Assembly (NCBI GenBank): GCA_017452605.1
Contig: JAFTMB010000001.1
Coordinates: 4,110-68,109 of the forward strand
Direction of reading: 5' to 3'
DNA length: 64,000 bases
DNA from: Oscillospiraceae bacterium
GTDB taxonomy: Bacteria > Bacillota > Clostridia > Oscillospirales > Oscillospiraceae
Below the pieces are notes generated by a model. It saw only the letters and a list, made by a program, of their open reading frames with translations. It ran no database searches and was not told the origin of the DNA. This document shows positions 56,441-64,000 of the stretch, piece after piece. Every line of letters begins with the position of its first letter. Position 1 is the stretch's first letter. Made by a program: the position numbers and the translations under genes.

Positions 56441-58579
56441 ATGCTCTCGATTGCTGAAATCTTATCCCAGGAGCTGAGCCAAAAGCTTAGCTATGTTGAA
56501 AATGTCATCACCTTGCTGGACGAAGGAAACACCATTCCCTTTATCGCCCGTTACCGTAAGGAAATGCACGGCACCATGGACGATACCACCCTGCGTACTC
56601 TGGAAACCAGGCTGAATTATCTGCGCAATCTCCAGGCCCGCCGGGAGGAAGTAAAAAACGCCATTGAGGGTCAGGGCAAGCTGACCGAGGAGCTGTCCGC
56701 CGCCATTGACAACGCCTCCACATTGGCCGAGGTAGAAGACCTGTACCGCCCCTACAAGCAGAAACGCCGTACCCGGGGTTCTATCGCCCGGGAAAAGGGT
56801 CTGGAAGGTCTGGCCGCCGCCATCTTTGTCCAAGATGGGCAAGATCCCGCAATTCTGGCGCAGGATTATGTAAACCCCGAAAAGGGTGTGGAAACTGTTG
56901 AGGATGCGTTGACCGGCGCATCGGACATCATTGCCGAAGACCTTTCCGACGATGCTGCCATCCGCAAATCCCTGCGGGAGCTGATGAACCGCAAGGCCCT
57001 GCTTGTCTGCCAGGCGGAGGATGGAGAAAAGGACAGCGTTTATCGGCTGTATTACGATTTTTCCCAGAATGTTTCCCGGCTTCTTGACCACCAGATTCTG
57101 GCCATCAACCGGGGCGAAAAAGAGGGCTTTTTGAAGGTGAGCGTCGCCCTGCCGGGCAACGAAGGCGCTGCCTGCGTGTGCCGGGCCGCGTTAAAGCCTA
57201 CCGCTTTTGTATCCGCCTTTGTCCGCGCAGCCGCGGAAGATGCCTACACCCGGCTGATTTTCCCCTCCTTGCAGCGGGAAATCCGCAGCGATTTGACCGA
57301 CCGGGCCTGCCAGGGCGCAATCCGCAATTTCGCCCTGAACTTAAAGCCTCTTTTGATGCAGCCCCCGGTAAAGGGATTTGTCACCATGGGCTTAGACCCC
57401 GGTTACCGCAACGGCTGCAAGGTGGCTGTGGTTGACCCCACCGGCAAGGTTCTGGCCACCAGCGTGGTTTACCCCACCTTTAACGAAAGAAAGAAGCAGG
57501 AAGCCATTGTCACCCTGTCTGGCCTGATGCGCCGCCACAGTGTCCGCCACATCGCCATCGGCAACGGCACTGCCTCCCGGGAAACCGAGGCCATGACCGT
57601 GGAGCTGCTCCGGGATTTCCCGGATGCCAGCTATGTCATCGTCAACGAGGCCGGCGCTTCTGTATACTCCGCATCCGAGCTTGCCGCGGCGGAATTCCCG
57701 GATTTTGATGTCAATCTTCGCTCCGCCGTTTCCATTGCCCGACGGCTGCAGGATCCCCTGGCAGAGCTGGTAAAAATCGACCCCAAGGCCATTGGCGTGG
57801 GTCAGTATCAGCATGATTGTCCTCAAAAAGATTTGGACATCGCCCTGGGTGGCGTGGTGGAGGATTGTGTCAACGCCGTAGGCGTAGATGTAAACACCGC
57901 CTCCCCCAGCCTGCTGCAGCAGATTTCCGGCCTAACCGCCACCACCGCCAAGAACATTGTTCTTTACCGGGAGGAAAATGGCGCGTTCACCAGCCGGGCG
58001 CAGCTGAAAAAAGTGCCCAAGCTTGGCCCCAAGGCCTTTGAGCAGTGCGCAGGCTTCCTGCGGGTTCCCGAAAGCAAGGAGCTGCTGGACAATACCGGCG
58101 TTCACCCGGAATCCTACGCCGCCGCCAAGGAGCTGCTGACCCTTTTGGATTGCAAAAAAGGTTCGGATTTGTCGGATTTGCCGGAGCGTCTGCAAAGCTA
58201 CGGCGCGGCGCAAGCCGCCCAGAAGTGCGGCGTTGGCGAACCGACCCTGACGGACATCGCCAAAGAGCTGTCCAAGCCCGGTCGCGACCCCCGTGACGAG
58301 CTGCCCGCCCCGATTTTGCGCAAGGATGTGCTGGAAATGAAGGACCTGAAGCCCGGCATGAAGCTGACGGGAACAGTGCGCAATGTTATCGACTTCGGCG
58401 TATTCGTGGATATCGGCGTGCACCAGGACGGTCTTGTGCATATCTCTCAGGTGGCAAGCCGCCGCCTGCGCCACCCCAGCGAAGCTGTCAAGGTGGGAGA
58501 TGTTGTAGAGGTTGTGGTGCTGGAAGTGGACGAAAAGCGTCACCGCATCAGCCTTTCCATGAAGCAGGCAAGAGCCTGA
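56441..58579 (+). CDS. tex: Tex family RNA-binding protein
   Basis: TIPFIARYRKE, DPGYRNGCK, NEAGASVYSAS, IGVGQYQHD, C-terminal S1 domain. Confidence 0.96.
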   Translation: MLSIAEILSQELSQKLSYVENVITLLDEGNTIPFIARYRKEMHGTMDDTTLRTLETRLNYLRNLQARREEVKNAIEGQGKLTEELSAAIDNASTLAEVEDLYRPYKQKRRTRGSIAREKGLEGLAAAIFVQDGQDPAILAQDYVNPEKGVETVEDALTGASDIIAEDLSDDAAIRKSLRELMNRKALLVCQAEDGEKDSVYRLYYDFSQNVSRLLDHQILAINRGEKEGFLKVSVALPGNEGAACVCRAALKPTAFVSAFVRAAAEDAYTRLIFPSLQREIRSDLTDRACQGAIRNFALNLKPLLMQPPVKGFVTMGLDPGYRNGCKVAVVDPTGKVLATSVVYPTFNERKKQEAIVTLSGLMRRHSVRHIAIGNGTASRETEAMTVELLRDFPDASYVIVNEAGASVYSASELAAAEFPDFDVNLRSAVSIARRLQDPLAELVKIDPKAIGVGQYQHDCPQKDLDIALGGVVEDCVNAVGVDVNTASPSLLQQISGLTATTAKNIVLYREENGAFTSRAQLKKVPKLGPKAFEQCAGFLRVPESKELLDNTGVHPESYAAAKELLTLLDCKKGSDLSDLPERLQSYGAAQAAQKCGVGEPTLTDIAKELSKPGRDPRDELPAPILRKDVLEMKDLKPGMKLTGTVRNVIDFGVFVDIGVHQDGLVHISQVASRRLRHPSEAVKVGDVVEVVVLEVDEKRHRISLSMKQARA

Positions 58580-58716
58580 TATTTGCCGGCACATGAAAAT
58601 GTGCCGGCTTTTTGTTGGTAAAACACCCCTGTTTTCGGCGGAAGTTGACATTTTTTGTCTTTTTTGATATAATATCTAAAATCTTTATCCCCTTTCTTTC
58701 AAAGGAGACGGTCTTT

Positions 58717-61059
58717 ATGCGCAAAATTTGGAAACAAGCCATCGCCTGGCTGATTGTTTTTACTTTGATTCTCAGCGCCGGATGTACCCCCACTGAGCCG
58801 GAAGCCACCGTCCCCTCCGGGACTCAGCCATCCCTGCCGTCTCAAAGCACGGAGCAGATCGGACTTTACGTCAGCGCCTGCCAAACCGCCCAAACCGCCG
58901 GCAGGCTGGTGCATGATTTCCGTTTTTCCGAAACCCGGGTCATTAGCGGGGAAAGCTTCCAAAAGTCCGGAACCGGCACGGCGATCTACGAAAATCTGGG
59001 CAAGGATAATTTCCAGGCTCTGATCAGGGAACAGCTTACCTTCGGCAGCTTTGCATCTGACTACACCCAGTCCTATATCGACGGCAGGGCCTACATCCAG
59101 GCCGGTGAGGCCTCTTTTACCTCCCCGCTTACCGCCGAGCAGTTCCTATCCTGCCAAACCCCGGCTGTGCTGATCGACCCCAGTCTTTATCAAAGCAACG
59201 CATCCACCGCTTTGCCCAGCGGCGGCTATCAGTTCCGGTTTTCTCAGCCCACCGGCTTTGCAGGCTGGATGATGATTCATGAGGAAGCTCAGCTGATTTC
59301 CTGTGAAGCCACCGCCACGGTGGATGCCCAGGGTATGCTGCGGGACAGTCGCTGCCAAATCCAGTATCAGCTCAAGGATATGGTCTGCACTCTGGAAGTC
59401 AGCAGCGTACTTTCCTATCTCAACACCCACCCCCTGTCCGAGCTGCAGCCCCAGTACGGCGAAAACTGCGTACAGTTGGAGGCATTCCTTGCTCCCAGGC
59501 TGATTCTTCAGACCATGGGCATGCTGAATTCCTCCGGGAATTTAACCTGCGTCCAGACCCAGTCCGCTTACTGTGAAGCAGCGGGCGTACTGCGCAAGCA
59601 GCAGCTGCAGATTGACCTGGTGGACAGCGACAGTGATTTTATGGCAAAAGCCAGCTACGCCGTCAATGTCACCAACTACACCGGCGCCCCTACCACCAAC
59701 ACCCAGACAGAAACCTTCCTGGACGGAAAATACCACTACACAATCAACAATTCCGAACCGGTTTACCAGGAGAATATCACCGCCGAGAAAATGCGCGATT
59801 ACTGCAGGGAATCCGCTCTGTACGCCCTTTTGGCGCCGGAAAACCTGACCGGCGCCACCGTGACGGACACCGGTGACTTCTACTGCATCCAGTTTACCTG
59901 CGCGGAAAGCACCTCTGACCCCATTTTCTCCGAGGTTTTCAAGCTGCTGAATCTGAATCTGGACAGCTTCTCCCAAAGCGTAACCACCCAAGCTCCCACC
60001 GCGTATTTAACTATCAGCAAATACACCGGCCTGCCGGTGACCATGGGTAAATCCTTTACCCGAAACCATGTGATTGACGAAGTATCTTACCGCACTACCT
60101 TCCAGGTAGACCAGACAATTTCCCTTCCCAGCAGCTCCGCTTACAGCGCCATCACCGGTCAGGAGCCTGCCCCGGAGGAAGCTCCCGAAGCCAAGGCAAC
60201 CCCGCTGTTTTATAAAATCAGCGACAAACGGGGCAGAACCCTGTGGCTTCTGGGTACCATTCATGTAGGCGACAACCGTACCGGCTTCCTGCCTCAGGAG
60301 ATTTACGACGCTTTTACCGCATCCCATTCCCTGGCCGTGGAATTTGATACTGACGCATTTTTACAAATGGCCGCTTCCGACTCCATGCTTCAGGCCCAGC
60401 TGTCCTCCTCTTATTTCTATTCCGATGGCTCTGCCACGCTGAATCACATTCCCTCTGAGCTGCATCAAAAAGCCTACGCTTTGATTCTCGCCAGCGGCAG
60501 TAACACCATGGATGTTCCCTACATGCGGCCCATTATCTGGGAATCCATGCTGGGAAGCTTCTTCCTGGAGCAAAGCGGTACGCTGTCGGCAGAAAAGGGC
60601 ATGGAAAACCGTCTGCTGGCTCTTGCCAAAGAGCAGGGCAAGACCGTTGAAAACATCGAATCCGGTCTTTCCCAGATGAAGACCTTCCTCAGCCTTTCCG
60701 ACCAGCTGCAGACCATGCTGCTGGAGGATACCGTTTCTTCCAGCCTGGCTGAGTACTGCGCGGAAATGGAGAAATTATACGAAGTGTGGTGCAGCGGTGA
60801 TGCCGCCGCCCTGGCTGCTGCTCTGACAGAAGACACCTCCAACATGACCGAGGAAGAGCTTAAACTGTATGAGGAATACTACAAGACCGTTATTACAAAA
60901 AGAAACTCCTCCATGCTCACAGCCGCCAAGAACTATATCAAGTCCGGCAAAACCGTCTTCTTTGCCGTTGGCGCTGCACATGTGGTAGGCGCAAAGGGTC
61001 TGGCAGCCCTTCTCAAGAGCGCAGGCTACAAGGTCGAGCAGGTAACCTACGCCCAATAA
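58717..61059 (+). CDS. lipoprotein with a C-terminal TraB/GumN (Tiki-like) domain
   Basis: LSAGC lipobox, WLLGTIHVG, ES, KRN, FFAVGAAHVVG. ATG 58717 has an AAGGAG SD. Confidence 0.82.
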   Translation: MRKIWKQAIAWLIVFTLILSAGCTPTEPEATVPSGTQPSLPSQSTEQIGLYVSACQTAQTAGRLVHDFRFSETRVISGESFQKSGTGTAIYENLGKDNFQALIREQLTFGSFASDYTQSYIDGRAYIQAGEASFTSPLTAEQFLSCQTPAVLIDPSLYQSNASTALPSGGYQFRFSQPTGFAGWMMIHEEAQLISCEATATVDAQGMLRDSRCQIQYQLKDMVCTLEVSSVLSYLNTHPLSELQPQYGENCVQLEAFLAPRLILQTMGMLNSSGNLTCVQTQSAYCEAAGVLRKQQLQIDLVDSDSDFMAKASYAVNVTNYTGAPTTNTQTETFLDGKYHYTINNSEPVYQENITAEKMRDYCRESALYALLAPENLTGATVTDTGDFYCIQFTCAESTSDPIFSEVFKLLNLNLDSFSQSVTTQAPTAYLTISKYTGLPVTMGKSFTRNHVIDEVSYRTTFQVDQTISLPSSSAYSAITGQEPAPEEAPEAKATPLFYKISDKRGRTLWLLGTIHVGDNRTGFLPQEIYDAFTASHSLAVEFDTDAFLQMAASDSMLQAQLSSSYFYSDGSATLNHIPSELHQKAYALILASGSNTMDVPYMRPIIWESMLGSFFLEQSGTLSAEKGMENRLLALAKEQGKTVENIESGLSQMKTFLSLSDQLQTMLLEDTVSSSLAEYCAEMEKLYEVWCSGDAAALAAALTEDTSNMTEEELKLYEEYYKTVITKRNSSMLTAAKNYIKSGKTVFFAVGAAHVVGAKGLAALLKSAGYKVEQVTYAQ

Positions 61060-61103
61060 TGTACATAAAAACTCCGTCGCAGTTTCCTGCGACGGAGTTT
61101 TTG

Positions 61104-61805
61104 TTACATATCAGAAAGGGATTTGGCTAAGTCCAGGGTCACTTCCGCACAGAGCCGGGCGGCAATGGCCTCAAAAACCGGGTATTCCATCTGCTCGGAG
61201 TCGTCAGCCTTGTCGGAAATAGCCCGGATAATCACATAGGGAACGCCGTTGCGGTAGGCTGTGTGACCGATGGCCGCCGCCTCCATTTCGGTGCAAATCG
61301 CCTGGGTGTTGCGGATGATTTCCTCCTTGCGCTCTTTGCTGGCAATAAACTGGTCGCCGCTGGCAATTCTGCCGGACCAGGTGTGACCGGGTTTTTTCTG
61401 CTCCGCCACAGCCAGGGCGCGCCGGATCAGCTCTTTATCTGCCGGAAACTCCCGGGTGTCCATGCCGGGCATCTGACCAACGGGATAGCCCAGGCAGCTG
61501 CAATCCATATCGTGATGCATCACTTCCTCGCTGATGACCAAATCGCAAATATCCAGCCGGGCATCCAGAGAGCCAGCAATGCCGGTGTTTATAAGATGGG
61601 TCACATCAAAGCAGCTGCACAGAACCTGGGTGCAAATCGCCGCGTTGACCTTGCCCACGCCGCACTGCACCACTACCGCGTCCACGCCCCGGAGCTTGCC
61701 TTTATAAAAATCCATACCCGCTTTGGATACCACGCAGCGATCTTCCAGAGTTTCCTTCAGCAGCTGCACTTCCACATCCATCGCGCCAATAATACCTAAA
61801 ACCAT
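61104..61805 (-). CDS. mtnN: 5'-methylthioadenosine/S-adenosylhomocysteine nucleosidase
   Basis: GIIGAM, GVGKVNAA, NTGIAG, SGDQF, EMEAAA, RAISDKAD. Confidence 0.96.
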   Translation of the reverse strand: MVLGIIGAMDVEVQLLKETLEDRCVVSKAGMDFYKGKLRGVDAVVVQCGVGKVNAAICTQVLCSCFDVTHLINTGIAGSLDARLDICDLVISEEVMHHDMDCSCLGYPVGQMPGMDTREFPADKELIRRALAVAEQKKPGHTWSGRIASGDQFIASKERKEEIIRNTQAICTEMEAAAIGHTAYRNGVPYVIIRAISDKADDSEQMEYPVFEAIAARLCAEVTLDLAKSLSDM

Positions 61806-61817
61806 ATTTTCCTCCCG

Positions 61818-62294
61818 TTATTGCGGATAGTACATCCGGCTTTCGTCCATGGTTTGAAGCAGGGCTGCGTAACGCTTTGCCCAGTAGTTCGCCATGGGAA
61901 GATTCATATCCAGATAGTTTCCGCAATCCTTTGCGCTGGCGCCGGGCACTTCGTCGGAATAATCCGAAATGAACCGGAAGCAGTCCAGCACCAAATCTCT
62001 TACATCCTCGCTTTTTAAATCCCCGGCAAGAAGCAGGTAAAAGCCGGTGCGGCAGCCCATAGGGCCAAAATACAGCACCCGTTCTTTCCAATTAGGCTCA
62101 TTTCGAAGATAAGTTGCCGCCAAATGCTCTATGGTGTGCATTTCTCCGGTGTTCATCACCGGCTCTTCGTTGGGGCTTGTCAGCCGCAGGTCAAAGGTTG
62201 TCACGGTTTCATTTCCAATCCGGTCTTTCCGGGAAACATAAAGACCTGGCTGCAGCTTGATATGGTCAATGGTAAAGCTTGTGATTTTTTCCAC
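61818..62294 (-). CDS. luxS: S-ribosylhomocysteine lyase
   Basis: SFTIDH, HTIEH, GPMGCRTGFY, CGNY. Confidence 0.97.
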   Translation of the reverse strand: MEKITSFTIDHIKLQPGLYVSRKDRIGNETVTTFDLRLTSPNEEPVMNTGEMHTIEHLAATYLRNEPNWKERVLYFGPMGCRTGFYLLLAGDLKSEDVRDLVLDCFRFISDYSDEVPGASAKDCGNYLDMNLPMANYWAKRYAALLQTMDESRMYYPQ

Positions 62295-62439
62295 AACGCC
62301 ACCTCCTTGTTTTTTCCCCTATCATACCCCAATCCCTTATAAATTGCAAGTGCCGCCCCGACAGATGGCGGTTTTTTCCGTTGACAACAAAAGCCTTACC
62401 GTGATACCATAACCTTACCATTTGCAAGGAGGGAGCGCT

Positions 62440-63168
62440 ATGAACGACCAATACAGCCGTACACGCCTGGTCTTCGGGGATGAAGCCATGGAAAAGCTAA
62501 AGAATGCCCGGGTGGCTCTGTTCGGCTTGGGAGGTGTAGGCGGCTATGCCGCAGAGGCGCTGGCCCGCTCCGGCGTGGGGCATATTGACCTGATTGACGA
62601 CGACACCATCAGTCTCACCAATTTGAACCGTCAAATCCTCGCCCTCCATTCTACCCTTGGTATGTCCAAAACAAAAGCCGCCGCCCAGCGGATTGCGGAC
62701 ATTGACCCCGATATTCAGGTTCGTACCTTTGATACCTTTTATCTCCCGGAAACGGCGAAGGAATTTGATTTTTCCCAGTACGACTATATTCTCGACGCAA
62801 TTGATACCGTCACCGGAAAGTTGTGTTTAATGGAGCAGGCCCAATCCGCAGGCGTGCCGATTATCAGCTGCATGGGCACCGGCAACAAGCTGGATGCCAC
62901 CGCATTCCGGGTTGCGGACATCACCAAAACCTCCGGCTGCGCGCTGGCCCGGATTATCCGCAAGGAGTGCGCCAAGCGGGGCATCAAGCATGTCAAGGTA
63001 GTCTACTCCCCGGAGCTGCCGATCAATTCCGGCGCTGACCCTGCCGCCCTGGAGGATACCCAGCGGGAAGGCTCCACCCGCCGCGCCATCCCCGGCTCCA
63101 CCGCTTTTGTCCCCGGCGTTGCGGGACTTATCATGGCGGGAGAAGTCATCAAGGATCTGTGCAAATAA
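62440..63168 (+). CDS. tcdA: tRNA threonylcarbamoyladenosine dehydratase (ThiF family)
   Basis: GLGGVGG, LARSGVG, NLNRQ, DAID, MGTGNK, GSTAFVP. Confidence 0.9.
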   Translation: MNDQYSRTRLVFGDEAMEKLKNARVALFGLGGVGGYAAEALARSGVGHIDLIDDDTISLTNLNRQILALHSTLGMSKTKAAAQRIADIDPDIQVRTFDTFYLPETAKEFDFSQYDYILDAIDTVTGKLCLMEQAQSAGVPIISCMGTGNKLDATAFRVADITKTSGCALARIIRKECAKRGIKHVKVVYSPELPINSGADPAALEDTQREGSTRRAIPGSTAFVPGVAGLIMAGEVIKDLCK

Positions 63169-63228
63169 GCTCTTCCCCTCCCGATTTTGCCCGGGAGGGG
63201 AATTATTGTATATTCCCGCGTGTAATCT

Positions 63229-63379
63229 TGCATATTTATTCATAACAAAATTCTCATTCGTATTCATTTATACACTATTTTCCTATAATTTTGTATAGTA
63301 TTCCTAGTTTATACCGCTTTTATTCGTATAAACATTGTATCTTCAGCCAGTTGACGGTGAATAATATTCGCAGTATAAT
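63229..63379 (+). promoter_or_regulatory. sigmaA promoter with ARG-box-like operators
   Basis: TTGACG(63351)-17-TATAAT(63374). TGCATATTTATTCA at 63229-63242 and TGAATAATATTCG in the promoter spacer. Confidence 0.65.
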
Positions 63380-63429
63380 GCAATCATCAAACACACCCCA
63401 ACCGGTGCGAGAAAAGGAGAATATACATT

Positions 63430-64000
63430 ATGAAAAAGATGATTGCTTTCGCTCTTGCAACTATTATGACCCTGGGTCTGTTGGCAGGCTGCCAGCCCGC
63501 CGCCAACAATGCAGCCAACAATGAGTACGATCTGGTTGCCGCAGGCAAGCTGACCGTCGCCCTTTCCCCCGACTTCTCCCCCATGGAATTTGTTGACCCC
63601 TCCAAGACCGGTCAGGATCAGTTCGTCGGCTTCGACGTTTCCCTGGCTAAGTTCATCGCTCAGGAGCTGGGCGTGACCCTGGAGATCAAGCCCATGGACT
63701 TCGACGCCTGCCAGGCAGCCGTCGGCACCGGTAAGGTGGATATGTCCATCTCCGGTTACTCCTGGACCGAAAAGCGTGAAAAGAACTACAACCTGTCCGA
63801 TTACTACTACGCAGGCGAGAACGAGACCGAGCAGGTCCTCATTACTCTGAAGGGAAACGAGGGCAAGTACACCACCGCTGACGCTCTGAAGGGTGTTAAG
63901 GTGGGCGCTCAGGGCGCTTCCTTGCAGGAAGAGCTGGTTAAGGCTCAGCTGCCCGACAGCGAGCTGGTGCTCTACACCGACATCAACACCGGTCTGCAGC
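63430..64000 (+). CDS. polar amino-acid ABC transporter substrate-binding lipoprotein (5' part, runs off the window)
   Basis: Manual translation MKKMIAFALATIMTLGLLAGC...LSPDFSPMEF...GFDVSLA...GKVDMSISG, AAGGAG SD. Confidence 0.9.
   Translation, partial: MKKMIAFALATIMTLGLLAGCQPAANNAANNEYDLVAAGKLTVALSPDFSPMEFVDPSKTGQDQFVGFDVSLAKFIAQELGVTLEIKPMDFDACQAAVGTGKVDMSISGYSWTEKREKNYNLSDYYYAGENETEQVLITLKGNEGKYTTADALKGVKVGAQGASLQEELVKAQLPDSELVLYTDINTGLQ

Overview
Gene-dense, moderately GC-rich chromosomal segment of a spore-forming Clostridia bacterium. Gene content and protein style suggest a gut Oscillospiraceae-like organism (inference), possibly a low-coverage assembly. Most of it is housekeeping: hflX-yigZ-dgt-dnaG-2x sigma-cmk-ispH, rpmE, ackA/tmcAL, copA, ylxM-ffh-rpsP-khpA-rimM-trmD, znuACB, rplM-rpsI, mnmA, hprK, rpmB, yceD-rpmF-der-plsY-gpsA, spoIVA, tex, luxS-mtnN and many tRNA-modification genes. 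I saw no rRNA, tRNA, CRISPR array, integrase or transposase. The main unexplained structures are: (1) an operon pairing a secreted GH24 phage-type muramidase with a C-terminal dockerin and a membrane-anchored cohesin-like protein on a Cys/His-repeat stalk, a candidate non-cellulosomal cohesin-dockerin peptidoglycan-hydrolase display system; (2) two divergent sigma70 paralogues at the usual rpoD position, one lacking region 1.1 and one with degenerate promoter-recognition helices; (3) an integrase-less ~1.5 kb AT-rich islet at the rpsI 3' end bounded by a 16-bp direct repeat; (4) a membrane-anchored metallothionein-like protein; (5) a membrane-fused E2-like acyltransferase coupled to birA; (6) a 42-aa ORF missed by the ORF track. 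All protein assignments come from recognising motifs by eye, not from database searches.
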